DNA from: Candidatus Shapirobacteria bacterium
GTDB taxonomy: Bacteria; Patescibacteriota; Microgenomatia; UBA12405
NCBI GenBank assembly: GCA_037142555.1
Contig: JBAXAJ010000003.1
Location: 13,589-77,588, forward strand
Length of the DNA: 64,000 nt
Direction: 5' to 3'
Positions 17,457-27,058 of the stretch are shown here, in pieces (position 1 is the first letter of the stretch; each line of letters starts with the position of its first letter). Below the pieces are notes generated by a model. That model was not told where the DNA came from and did no database searches. It saw only the letters and a program-made list of their open reading frames with translations. The translations under genes were made by a program, and so were the position numbers.

Positions 17457-18050
17457 TTGTTAAAATTAATTATGGAAATTGAATATGAAGCAACTTTTAC
17501 TAATATAGACAAAAAAGATATTCGTTTTGAATTAAAAAAAATTGGGGCTAAACTTATAAAATCAGAATTTTTACAAAAAAGAATAGTTTTTTCACTTCCT
17601 GTAGGGAATGAGATTAAAGGTGGTTGGTTAAGAGTTAGAGATGAAGGTAATAAAAATACAATGAGTCTTAAAATTGTTGATGGTAATAAAATTGAAAATC
17701 AAAAAGAAATATGTTTAGAAATTAATGATTTTAATAAAGCCGTTGATTTTCTCGAGTTGATAGGTTGCAAAAAAAAATCCTACCAGGAATCAAAAAGGGA
17801 ATTATGGAAAATAGATGATGTTGAAATTACTATTGACGAGTGGCCTTTTTTGGAACCATTTATAGAAATTGAAGGAAAATCAGAAAAATCTGTTAAAAAT
17901 GTTTGTAAGAAGTTGAAATTTGATTATGAAAAAGCTATTTTTGATAGCGTTGATTTTCTTTATAGTAAAAAATATAAAATTCCAAAAGAAAGAATTAATA
18001 ACCTAACACCACGAATAGTTTTTGGAGAAAAAAATCCTTTTTTAAAATAG
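17457..18050 (+). CDS. CYTH-domain protein (CyaB/thiamine-triphosphatase-like triphosphate tunnel)
   Basis: N-terminal MEIEYEATF with the ExExK signature, later acidic motifs, and ~190 aa size typical of CYTH proteins. Confidence 0.55.
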   Translation: MLKLIMEIEYEATFTNIDKKDIRFELKKIGAKLIKSEFLQKRIVFSLPVGNEIKGGWLRVRDEGNKNTMSLKIVDGNKIENQKEICLEINDFNKAVDFLELIGCKKKSYQESKRELWKIDDVEITIDEWPFLEPFIEIEGKSEKSVKNVCKKLKFDYEKAIFDSVDFLYSKKYKIPKERINNLTPRIVFGEKNPFLK

Positions 18051-18052
18051 TG

Positions 18053-18124
18053 TGACTCTACGGGGAATCGAACCCCGATTGGCAGAATGAGAATCTGCTG
18101 TCCTAACCATTAGACGATAGAGCC
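18053..18124 (-). tRNA. tRNA-Glu (anticodon CUC)
   Basis: Minus-strand sequence GGCTCTATCGTCTAATGGTTAGGACAGCAGATTCTCATTCTGCCAATCGGGGTTCGATTCCCCGTAGAGTCA folds as a cloverleaf. It has a 7-bp acceptor stem, U8, A14, GG in the D-loop, a GCAGA/TCTGC anticodon stem, loop TTCTCAT with U33, C34-U35-C36 and A37, and a TTCGATT T-loop. No CCA is encoded. Confidence 0.85.
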
Positions 18125-18366
18125 TTATTATTTATTAATCTTTCAACAGCTTTTCTACTCTTCCAAGATTTAATTTGTGTTTCTCTTTTTCTTGCTAGAG
18201 AAAGTGTCAAAAGTTCCTCAAAGTATATCAAATTCCAAGGCATTTTTAATTTTGTGTATCTAGATCTTCCAGTATTATGGTAATTTAACCTTTCTTTTAT
18301 ATTTGAAGTCGATCCAATATAATAAGAATTATCTTTTAATGAAATTAAAATATAAGTATAATACAT
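18103..18366 (-). CDS. GIY-YIG nuclease-family small protein (YhbQ/UPF0213-like)
   Basis: MYYTYILISLKDNSYYIGSTSNIKERLNYHN...YTK...PW.LIYFEE....A...E..IK is a GIY-YIG catalytic core in 87 aa. The start is taken at the Met preceding the domain; the track ORF extends to 18498 across the tRNA fragment. The last 7 codons overlap the tRNA-Glu 5' end. Confidence 0.7.
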   Translation of the reverse strand: MYYTYILISLKDNSYYIGSTSNIKERLNYHNTGRSRYTKLKMPWNLIYFEELLTLSLARKRETQIKSWKSRKAVERLINNKALSSNG

Positions 18367-18374
18367 GTAATTTA

Positions 18375-18450
18375 TCCTAACCATTAGTCCCGATCCTTCG
18401 GATCGAGGATGCTCGATTCGGCTTATTATCGAATCGGCAACGATAGAGCC
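18375..18450 (-). pseudogene. duplicated 5' fragment (nt 1-24) of tRNA-Glu interrupted by a 52-nt hairpin-containing insertion
   Basis: Minus-strand sequence GGCTCTATCGT[52-nt insert]CTAATGGTTAGGA is identical to tRNA positions 1-11 and 12-24. The insert TGCCGATTCGATAATAAGCCGAATCGAGCATCCTCGATCCGAAGGATCGGGA contains two hairpins: CGATTCG/CGAATCG, and CTCGATCC-GAA-GGATCGGG. No anticodon or T-arm follows. Confidence 0.7.
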
Positions 18451-18471
18451 AAATACTGTATAATTAACTAG

Positions 18472-19611
18472 ATGAATTTTACCAAATTTAACTATCATTT
18501 AAAGCTTATTGCTCTAACTGTTCTTTTTTCCACCTTTTTTACCTTATTTTTCTATTTAAACATCCCTGGAAAAATTGGATTTAATAATGTTTCTTTGGAA
18601 ACTATTTTTGCTAATTATGATGGTCCAAATTACATGGTTATCGCCAGATGTGGCTATGACAAAGATTGTATCAGTCAAAACTTTCCTCAATATAATAAAC
18701 CTGAATATTATCCAGCTCACTTGCCAGCCTACCCAGCTTTAATTAATATTATTTCTAATTTCACTTCAACTCCAAAAGCCATGATTCTAGCGACTCTCTT
18801 AAGTTCTATTTTCTTAACTTTAATATTTTTTGAGTTTTTAAAACTATTCATCAAAGAAAAAACAGCTTTTTGGTTGTCAACTCTTCTTCTATTTTTCCCA
18901 GCCCGTCTTCTAGTTTTGCGTCAAGTCGGTGCTCCAGAAGCCCTATTTTTAGCCACCATAATCGCTTCAATCTTCTATTTTAAAAAAGGCAAATATTTAA
19001 TTTCAGCCATTTTTGCTGCCATTGCTCAAAGTCTAAAAAGTCCAGGAATTCTTTTATTCATCTCTTTTGGAATAATGGCTATTTATGAATTAATTAAATA
19101 CAAAGACTTTTTAAAAACTTTTAAAAAATACATTTGTTATCTATTAGTTCCAGTCACAGTTTTTGGTGTCTTCTATTTATATTTAGTTCAAACAGGGGAC
19201 TTTTGGGCATATTTTCATAGTGCCGACAACTATAATTTAATAACTAAAATCCCTTATGCTGTTTTCTGGGGAAATCATAGCTGGGTCAACACTATTTGGT
19301 TAGAAGACATTGTTTATATCTTCTTGATAGCGTTCTATGGAATATATCGTTTATTCAAAAAATATAAATTTGATATTATTACTATTTTCCCGATCGTTTT
19401 TATGGTTGCCACTATTGGAGTAGCTCATCGTGATATCAGTCGTTACATCGCTCCAATCTATCCTTTCTTATTATTAGCCTTTGCAAAATTTTTAGATAAA
19501 AAATCTATCAAAATAATTTTTCTGATTTTACTTCCAGCCATTCTTCTCTATGCCATCAACTTCATTTCTGGTAACATCGCTCCAATCTCCAACTGGGCCC
19601 CATTTCTCTAA
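18472..19611 (+). CDS. polytopic membrane protein, possibly GT-C-like glycosyltransferase
   Basis: 379 aa with 9 or more predicted hydrophobic helices. No soluble catalytic motif is recognised, and the start may lie at a downstream Met. Confidence 0.4.
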   Translation: MNFTKFNYHLKLIALTVLFSTFFTLFFYLNIPGKIGFNNVSLETIFANYDGPNYMVIARCGYDKDCISQNFPQYNKPEYYPAHLPAYPALINIISNFTSTPKAMILATLLSSIFLTLIFFEFLKLFIKEKTAFWLSTLLLFFPARLLVLRQVGAPEALFLATIIASIFYFKKGKYLISAIFAAIAQSLKSPGILLFISFGIMAIYELIKYKDFLKTFKKYICYLLVPVTVFGVFYLYLVQTGDFWAYFHSADNYNLITKIPYAVFWGNHSWVNTIWLEDIVYIFLIAFYGIYRLFKKYKFDIITIFPIVFMVATIGVAHRDISRYIAPIYPFLLLAFAKFLDKKSIKIIFLILLPAILLYAINFISGNIAPISNWAPFL

Positions 19612-20486
19612 CTAATATAAATCTTATTATTTTCTTGTACGATTAAATCTCTCATCAACATCATCGAGATTGTTGTTGATATTTCACTAATTGGTGATCT
19701 AATTTTTTGACACAATTCATCAATCGTCACTTCTTCATTTTCTAAAACTGAAATTATTTCTTTTTCTAATTCAGATAAATTACTATAGTCTTTAAATAAA
19801 TTTTGTTGATTAGGACAACTACTATTATTTCCCAAAATATCAGCCACACAAGTCACCATTTTTGCCCCTCCACTTTGAATTAACCAATTTGTTCCTTCAG
19901 CAGTTTTAAAACCAATTTGGCCAGGGATAGCAAATATATTTTTCTTTTGTTTCAATGCTAATTTGGCCGTGATTAAACTTCCTGATTTCAACCCAGCTTC
20001 AACTATAAAAACTCCGATAGTTGATAGGGCCGACACAATTCTATTTCGTTGAGGAAAGCTCCATAAAGTTGCCTTAAAATCTGGTTCATATTCTGAAATT
20101 ACTAAACCACCTTTTTCCAAAATTTCAGTATAAAGATTATCGTTTTCACTTGGATATAACTCATCAAGTCCGCTTCCCAAAACCGCAATCGTTTTACCAC
20201 CTAATTCAAGACAATTTCTATGAGCCTCACTATCAACCCCATACATAAAACCAGAGATTATAGTAATTTTTTGACCAATTAACTCTGGCATAAATTTACT
20301 AATTATTTCTCGTCCATAGCGACTCAAAGCTCTGCTCCCCACTACTGCTAGTGTTTTAATAAATAGTTCTTCATTCCAACTTCCTCGATAATATAATTTT
20401 TCTGGACAATCACTAATTTTTTTTAAAAGATCAGGAAAATCTTTTTTCTCAATCATTTTAATCGGCCATCTCTTCCACTCTTTCAT
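19608..20486 (-). CDS. dprA: DNA-processing protein DprA (Smf)
   Basis: Rossmann-like LAVVGSRALSRYGREI...ISGFMYGVDSEAHRNCLELGGKTIAVLGSGLDELYP, the hallmark of the DprA/Smf fold. Confidence 0.85.
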   Translation of the reverse strand: MKEWKRWPIKMIEKKDFPDLLKKISDCPEKLYYRGSWNEELFIKTLAVVGSRALSRYGREIISKFMPELIGQKITIISGFMYGVDSEAHRNCLELGGKTIAVLGSGLDELYPSENDNLYTEILEKGGLVISEYEPDFKATLWSFPQRNRIVSALSTIGVFIVEAGLKSGSLITAKLALKQKKNIFAIPGQIGFKTAEGTNWLIQSGGAKMVTCVADILGNNSSCPNQQNLFKDYSNLSELEKEIISVLENEEVTIDELCQKIRSPISEISTTISMMLMRDLIVQENNKIYIS

Positions 20487-20791
20487 ATATTTTCATAATG
20501 ATTAATCCTTTCAATTTCTTTATCTACTTCATTTAATACAATACAAAGCGCGTCAATTCTGTATTTCTTAAACTTCTTAGCAATTTTATTTTCTAAAATT
20601 AAAAAGCTTTCAGCTACTCTTTTAATTTGACTAAGTTTTCTCTTATCAATCATTTCCTCTGGAATCCCAAATTTATCTCCAACTTTTAATTTGACCTCCA
20701 CAAACACCACCAGTTCATATCCTTTTTTGACCAAAAATTCCCTAGCCATATCTTCACCATTTTTCCCTTTATTATAATTTTCTATTTTCAT
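20483..20791 (-). CDS. yraN: YraN-family (UPF0102) putative endonuclease
   Basis: 102 aa with N-terminal GKNGEDMAREFLVKKGYELV and a later D..E.K PD-(D/E)xK-like core. Confidence 0.6.
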   Translation of the reverse strand: MKIENYNKGKNGEDMAREFLVKKGYELVVFVEVKLKVGDKFGIPEEMIDKRKLSQIKRVAESFLILENKIAKKFKKYRIDALCIVLNEVDKEIERINHYENI

Positions 20792-22311
20792 AATCTATAT
20801 TGCAAAGCTTCTGCCACATGAAACTCTTTAATAATTTCCGCCTTCTCCAAATCAGCAATAGTCCGAGAAACTTTTATTAATCTGAAATAAGATCTGGCCG
20901 ACAAGGCAAACTTATTAACTGCTTGTTTTAGGAGTAAATTAGCTTCATCACTTAGTTTTGCAAATTCTTTTAGATGACTATTTTTCATGTCTGAATTGCT
21001 GTGGATATGAGCTAAATCTTTAAACCTTTCGCTCTGGATTTTTCTAGCCTCGTTAATTCTTTTCTTGATTTCCAAAGAACTTTCTCCACTCACTTTTTGT
21101 TTATCAATCATTAAATTATTAACATCAACAGCTGGAACTGTTAAATGCAAATCAATTCGATCCATTATTGGTCCAGACAACTTTTTTTGATAATTTAAAA
21201 CTTGATAACTGCCACATTTACATTCTTTTTTAGGATCTCCAAGATGTCCACACGGGCAAGGGTTTGCAGCTGCCACCAACATAAACTGAGCTGGGAAAGT
21301 CATTGAACCACTGGCTCTAGAAATACAAACATAACCATCTTCAAGTGGTTGTCTCAAAGCTTCAAGCGAATTTCTACCAAATTCTGGAAATTCATCCAAA
21401 AACAAAACTCCTCGATGAGCCAAAGAAATTTCACCCGGACGAGGATTACTACCACCACCAATTAATCCTATTTGTGAAGTTGTGTGATGTGGCCCTCTAA
21501 AAGGTCTCTGTCGAACTAAAGATCCACCAGGAGGAATGTTGCCAGTTAAAGAATAAATTTTAGTCACTTCCAAACTTTCTTTTTCAGTTAAATTTGGCAA
21601 AATTCCCGCCATAGCCCGAGCCAACATAGTTTTTCCCGATCCTGGAGGCCCCATCATAAAAATATTATGTCCACCAGCGGCCGCAATTTCCAAAGCTCTC
21701 TTTGCCTGTTGTTGGCCCAGAATTTCATTAAAATCAAATTCAGGCCGAATGTCATTTAAAATTTCAGTTACATTAATTGCTTTTAATGGCTCAATCAGTT
21801 TTTCTCCATTCAGATGTTTAATCAGAGTTTTCAAATTATCGACTGGATAAACATTAATCCCTTCAACCACACTAGCCTCATTAGCACTCATTCTTGGAAC
21901 AAATAAATCTTTCACTCCATTTTCTTTTGCTAAAAGCGCCAACAAAAACACGCCTCGGCTGTGGTGTAAACTGCCATCTAGTGATAATTCACCATAGAAA
22001 TAGGCCTTTTCTTTTGGTAATTTAACTTCACCAATTGCCGCAATAACTCCAATTGCCACTGGTAAGTCATAAGCAGAACCATCTTTTGCCAAATCAGCTG
22101 GTGCTAAATTAACTGTGATTTTAGCCACTGGAAATTCAATGTCCGAATTAATTATGGCTGTTTTAACTCTTTCTTTAGTTTCATCAACTGAGCGACCAGC
22201 TAAACCTACAATCCCAAAAGAGGGGAATCCCTTATCCGCAACATTAACTTCAACATCAACATTTTCACTCTTTAAACCAATATTGGCCATCGATAATATT
22301 TTAATTAGCAT
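20788..22311 (-). CDS. comM: YifB/ComM-family Mg-chelatase-like AAA+ ATPase
   Basis: N-terminal Lon-like S5 fold, Walker A GPPGSGKTMLA, and a RGVLFLDEFPEF Walker B/sensor region within ~500 aa. Confidence 0.85.
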   Translation of the reverse strand: MLIKILSMANIGLKSENVDVEVNVADKGFPSFGIVGLAGRSVDETKERVKTAIINSDIEFPVAKITVNLAPADLAKDGSAYDLPVAIGVIAAIGEVKLPKEKAYFYGELSLDGSLHHSRGVFLLALLAKENGVKDLFVPRMSANEASVVEGINVYPVDNLKTLIKHLNGEKLIEPLKAINVTEILNDIRPEFDFNEILGQQQAKRALEIAAAGGHNIFMMGPPGSGKTMLARAMAGILPNLTEKESLEVTKIYSLTGNIPPGGSLVRQRPFRGPHHTTSQIGLIGGGSNPRPGEISLAHRGVLFLDEFPEFGRNSLEALRQPLEDGYVCISRASGSMTFPAQFMLVAAANPCPCGHLGDPKKECKCGSYQVLNYQKKLSGPIMDRIDLHLTVPAVDVNNLMIDKQKVSGESSLEIKKRINEARKIQSERFKDLAHIHSNSDMKNSHLKEFAKLSDEANLLLKQAVNKFALSARSYFRLIKVSRTIADLEKAEIIKEFHVAEALQYRL

Positions 22312-22404
22312 ATTAAAATTTAACAGAAAATCTTTAAAGATGTAATATATCTAACTAAATCACTTACAACCAAATAAAAGACGAAACTTTGATAAAATAT
22401 AAGG

Positions 22405-24396
22405 GTGCCATTTCAAATAAAATCACCATATAAACCAACTGGAGATCAGCCTGAAGCTATCAAAAAATTAGTCAGTAATTTTCAAAAAGGTGAAAACAGA
22501 CAAACTCTTTTAGGTGTCACTGGATCTGGTAAAACTTTCACTATTGCCAATCTTATTGAACAAACTCAATTACCAACTCTAATTATTTCCCACAATAAGA
22601 CTCTAGCTGGTCAACTCTATCAAGAATTTAAAGAGCTTTTTCCAAACAATAAAGTTTCCTATTTTGTTTCTTATTATGACTATTATCAACCAGAAGCCTA
22701 TCTTCCTGCTTCTGACACCTACATTGCCAAAGAAGTTCAAATTAATGATTTAATCGATAAATTAAGGTTAGAAGCCACTTCAAACCTATTTTCTGGCAAT
22801 GATAACATCATCATCGCCTCTGTCAGTTGTATCTACAACATCGGTGATCCAATGGAATTTGGTGATTTAACTATCGATTTTAATATCGATCAAAGCTGGC
22901 CTCGTCGTCAACTTTTTGAAAAATTAATCTCTCTTTTCTACACTCGTTCAGAGTTAGAATTTAAAAGATCAACTTTCCGAGTCAGAGGTGAAACTATTGA
23001 AGTTTGGCCATCCTATCAAGATTCTGTAATTTCACTGGAATTTCAAAATGATGTTTTGAAAAAAATAATTGAAAGAAACCCAATGACTGCCAAAGAATTT
23101 AACCTTGAAAAATTTAGACTCTATCCAGCTAAACAATATGTTGGCGCTTCAGGTGAAAAATTAGACCATATCTATGAAGAAATTAGGTCTGATTGTGTTA
23201 AACAATCCGAAAAATTTAAAAGCCAAAACAAAATTCTTGAAGCTCATCGAATTGAACAAAGAGTTGATTATGATCTAGAAATGCTTAAAGAAACTGGCTA
23301 CATAAATGGCATTGAAAATTATTCAACTTATTTCGAAAAAGATCGAAAAGCTGGTGACCCGCCATACACTTTAATCGATTATTTTCGTCATCTTTGGGGT
23401 GACAATTTTTTGACTGTCATCGATGAATCTCATGTAACCATTCCTCAAATTGGTGGCATGTTCGGAGGTGATTTCGCCAGAAAAACTAATTTAGTTGATT
23501 TTGGTTTTCGTCTTCCATCCGCTTTTGACAACCGACCTTTAAGGTTTGAAGAATTCAACAAAAGAGTTTCCAAAGTTGTCTATGTTTCCGCCACTCCTTC
23601 AAAATATGAAATTGAAGATTCTAAAAATAATATTGTTGAACAAATTATTAGACCAACTGGTCTAGTTGATCCACCAATCACCATCAAAGCAAGCAAAAAC
23701 CAAATCCCAGATTTAATAGAAGAAATTAACAAAAGAATTGCTAAAAAAGAGAGAAGTTTAGTTTTAACTTTAACTAAAAGAATGGCTGAAGATTTATCAA
23801 CCTATTTATCTGAAAAAACTTCCATAAAAGTAGCTTATCTCCATTCGGACATTGCTACTCTCGAAAGATCAGCTATTCTAGATAATTTACGCTCTGGTAA
23901 CTATGACGTTTTAATTGGTATTAATCTTTTGCGTGAAGGTCTAGACCTTCCAGAAGTCAGCTTAGTAGCCATTCTTGATGCAGATCAACAAGGATTCTTA
24001 AGGTCAAAATCAGCTCTAATTCAAATAATGGGTCGAGCCTCAAGACATCTTTCTGGCCAAGTAATCTTATATGCTGATCGAGTTTCCGATGCCATGGATG
24101 GAGCCATAAAAGAAGTCAATCGTCGTCGTAAAATTCAGTTAAAATATAATAAAGATAATAACATTACTGCCAAAACAGTGGTAAAATCTATTCGTCCTCA
24201 AATTATTGAATTAATTAAAACTGAGACAAAACCTGAATGGTTTAAGATTGATCCATCAACCTTAACTCCAAATCAGAAAACTAAACATATTAAAGATCTT
24301 AAAAAACAAATGCGCAATTTTGCTTTTGCCCTAGATTTTGAAGAAGCTATAAAAATTAGAGATAAAATAAAGGAGATAGAACAAAGTGTTAGATAA
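22405..24396 (+). CDS. uvrB: excinuclease ABC subunit B
   Basis: GVTGSGKTFTIAN Walker A, helicase motifs including DESH, and the C-terminal UVR motif ...FEEAIKIRDKIKEIE. Confidence 0.95.
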   Translation: MPFQIKSPYKPTGDQPEAIKKLVSNFQKGENRQTLLGVTGSGKTFTIANLIEQTQLPTLIISHNKTLAGQLYQEFKELFPNNKVSYFVSYYDYYQPEAYLPASDTYIAKEVQINDLIDKLRLEATSNLFSGNDNIIIASVSCIYNIGDPMEFGDLTIDFNIDQSWPRRQLFEKLISLFYTRSELEFKRSTFRVRGETIEVWPSYQDSVISLEFQNDVLKKIIERNPMTAKEFNLEKFRLYPAKQYVGASGEKLDHIYEEIRSDCVKQSEKFKSQNKILEAHRIEQRVDYDLEMLKETGYINGIENYSTYFEKDRKAGDPPYTLIDYFRHLWGDNFLTVIDESHVTIPQIGGMFGGDFARKTNLVDFGFRLPSAFDNRPLRFEEFNKRVSKVVYVSATPSKYEIEDSKNNIVEQIIRPTGLVDPPITIKASKNQIPDLIEEINKRIAKKERSLVLTLTKRMAEDLSTYLSEKTSIKVAYLHSDIATLERSAILDNLRSGNYDVLIGINLLREGLDLPEVSLVAILDADQQGFLRSKSALIQIMGRASRHLSGQVILYADRVSDAMDGAIKEVNRRRKIQLKYNKDNNITAKTVVKSIRPQIIELIKTETKPEWFKIDPSTLTPNQKTKHIKDLKKQMRNFAFALDFEEAIKIRDKIKEIEQSVR

Positions 24397-27058
24397 AATA
24401 ATAGTTAAAGGAGCCAGAGAAAACAATTTAAAAAATGTTTCCTTTGAATTTCCTAAAAATAAAATGGTAGTTTTCACCGGAGTTTCTGGCTCTGGAAAAT
24501 CTTCTATGGCTTTTGACACTCTCTTTGCTGAAGGTCAGCGTCGTTATGTTGAAAGTCTTTCTTCTTACGCCCGTCAATTTTTAGGCAGCATGAAACGTCC
24601 AGATGTTGATTTAATTGAAGGACTTTCGCCGTCAATTGCTATCAACCAAAAAGCAATTTCTCACAATCCTCGTTCAACGGTCGGAACTGTCACTGAAATT
24701 TATGACTATCTCCGTCTACTATTTGCCAGAATTGGTCATCCACATTGTCCTAACTGTGGTCGAGAAGTTTCTCCTCAAACCAGTAAACAAATAGTCACTC
24801 AGATTTTAAATGTTGCTAAAACTCAAACTCACAATAAAAACGTCTATAAATTTTTTGTCCTTTCTCCAATCGTAATTAATAAAAAAGGTGACTTTATTGG
24901 TCTAACTGAAAACTTAAGAAAACAAGGTTATAAATGGATCAGAGTTGATAGCCATATTCTTGATCTTTATACCGATTTTGGAATTGCTAAAACTAACAAA
25001 CATGACATTTCAGCAGTTGTTGATCGAGTTTCTATAAGCAGAGATTCTTTTAAAAATGAAAAATCTCTTTACGATCGTCTAATCGATGATGTTGAACAAG
25101 CTATGAAATTAGCAAATGGCCTAGTAGTTGTTTCAGAAGTCAAAGACACTTCTTTTGATTTTCCAGATTTTCCAACTGAAATGACCGACACTCTCTATTC
25201 AGAAAATTTTGCCTGTCCTGTTTGTAACATTTCTCTAGCCGAAATTGAACCAAGATTATTTTCTTTCAATTCTCCTCAAGGCGCTTGTGAAGACTGTAAA
25301 GGTTTAGGTTCTAAATTTCAAATTGATCGTTCTAAATTCCCTGAATGGAAAGCTAAAATGCTCGAGGGCAGATATGTCAATTCTGGTTCTGACGCTGTCA
25401 GAGAAGAACTAGAAAAATTCATGATTAAAAAACCTTGTCTCACTTGTCACAGTTCTCGTTTGAACCCTGAAGCTCTATCAATCACTATTCTAGATAAAAA
25501 TATCTATCAAATTTGTCAACTTCCAATTGAAAAACTAACAAATTGGATGATGACTCTAGATTCTGCTCTCCAAAATGACATTGAAAAAGAAATTTTAGTT
25601 CCTATTAGAAAGGAGTTAAGTGCTCGTCTAGAATTCTTATTAGCTGTTGGTCTAGATTATTTAAGTCTAGAGCGTGAAGCTGGGACTCTATCAAGTGGTG
25701 AATCACAACGAATTCGTCTAGCTAGTCAAATTGGAACTGGTCTAACTGGAGTTCTCTACATTCTTGATGAACCAACCATTGGTCTTCATTCTCGTGACAA
25801 CGATCGTCTAATTGGAACTCTAAAAAAACTTAAAGATTTAGGCAACACCATGGTAATAGTCGAACATGATGAAGATGTCATCAGGAACGCCGATTATGTG
25901 GTCGATTTTGGCCCATATGCTGGCAAAAATGGTGGGGATATCGTGGCCCAAGGTTCAGTCTCCGACATTGAAAATAATAAAAATTCTTTAACGGGTAAGT
26001 ATCTTTCTGGCAAACTAAAAATCGAATCAGTCAGTAAAGTCCCTCTTGTCAAAGAGGGATTTAGGGAGATTGCTATAACTGGAGCCAAACAATGGAATTT
26101 AAAAAACATTAATGTTGAATTCCCATTAAACAAATTTATTTGTGTAACCGGAGTCTCTGGCTCTGGAAAATCAACTTTAATTCATGACACTTTATATGGT
26201 GGAGTTCGTAAAGCAACTCTCGGTTCTTATTATGGAACAATAGGGGAATATGACAAAATTTCTGGTTGTGAAAATCTTTCTGATGTTCTTCTAGTTGATC
26301 AATCGCCAATTGGGCGAACTCCAAGAAGTAACCCCGCCACTTACACTAAAGTTTTTGATGACATTCGTAACCTTCTAGCTCAAACTATTGAAGCCAAAAT
26401 CAGAGGTTACAGCTCCAGCCGTTTTTCTTTTAATGTCAAAGAAGGTCGTTGTCCAGTTTGTGAAGGCCAAGGTCAAATCAAAATTGAAATGCAATTCTTA
26501 TCAGACATCTATGTCACTTGTGACGAATGTCATGGATCTAGATTTAAAGAAGAAACTCTTGAAGTTGATTATAAAGGTAAAAACATAACTGAAATCTTAA
26601 AAATGACAGTCGATGAAGCTCTAGAATTTTTCAAAAATATTAACAGTCTTCGTCGTAAACTAACTACCATTCAAGAAGTCGGTCTTGGCTATTTAGAGCT
26701 TGGACAACCATCAAACACTCTATCTGGTGGTGAATCCCAAAGATTAAAAATCAGCCGAGAATTAGTCAAAAAAGAAGATGGCAAAATGCTCTACATTCTT
26801 GATGAACCAACCACTGGTCTTCATTTTTATGACATTGATAAATTAATTAAAGTCCTAAGAAAATTAGTCGACAAAGGTAACACTGTTGTTGTCATTGAAC
26901 ACAATTTGGACATGATTAAAAATGCCGATTGGATCATTGATATGGGCCCAGAAGGCGGAGAAAAAGGTGGAGAAGTGATGGTTGCTGGAACAGTTCAAGA
27001 TGTAATTAACTGCAAAAAAAGTTATACCGGCCAATATCTCAAAAAATGTTTGACTTAA
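24386..27058 (+). CDS. uvrA: excinuclease ABC subunit A
   Basis: Two ABC ATPase modules (GVSGSGKSS and GVSGSGKSTL; LSGGE signature sequences) with zinc-finger CxxC insertions within 890 aa. Confidence 0.95.
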   Translation: MLDKIIVKGARENNLKNVSFEFPKNKMVVFTGVSGSGKSSMAFDTLFAEGQRRYVESLSSYARQFLGSMKRPDVDLIEGLSPSIAINQKAISHNPRSTVGTVTEIYDYLRLLFARIGHPHCPNCGREVSPQTSKQIVTQILNVAKTQTHNKNVYKFFVLSPIVINKKGDFIGLTENLRKQGYKWIRVDSHILDLYTDFGIAKTNKHDISAVVDRVSISRDSFKNEKSLYDRLIDDVEQAMKLANGLVVVSEVKDTSFDFPDFPTEMTDTLYSENFACPVCNISLAEIEPRLFSFNSPQGACEDCKGLGSKFQIDRSKFPEWKAKMLEGRYVNSGSDAVREELEKFMIKKPCLTCHSSRLNPEALSITILDKNIYQICQLPIEKLTNWMMTLDSALQNDIEKEILVPIRKELSARLEFLLAVGLDYLSLEREAGTLSSGESQRIRLASQIGTGLTGVLYILDEPTIGLHSRDNDRLIGTLKKLKDLGNTMVIVEHDEDVIRNADYVVDFGPYAGKNGGDIVAQGSVSDIENNKNSLTGKYLSGKLKIESVSKVPLVKEGFREIAITGAKQWNLKNINVEFPLNKFICVTGVSGSGKSTLIHDTLYGGVRKATLGSYYGTIGEYDKISGCENLSDVLLVDQSPIGRTPRSNPATYTKVFDDIRNLLAQTIEAKIRGYSSSRFSFNVKEGRCPVCEGQGQIKIEMQFLSDIYVTCDECHGSRFKEETLEVDYKGKNITEILKMTVDEALEFFKNINSLRRKLTTIQEVGLGYLELGQPSNTLSGGESQRLKISRELVKKEDGKMLYILDEPTTGLHFYDIDKLIKVLRKLVDKGNTVVVIEHNLDMIKNADWIIDMGPEGGEKGGEVMVAGTVQDVINCKKSYTGQYLKKCLT

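Noticed and set aside
16308-18471. Interpreting the 16.3-18.5 kb hotspot as a classic integrative element or prophage remnant
   Set aside because: No integrase, recombinase, transposase or phage structural gene is present anywhere in the window. The cargo genes (EamA, CYTH, GIY-YIG) are small and common. It is reported only as repeat and scar structures.
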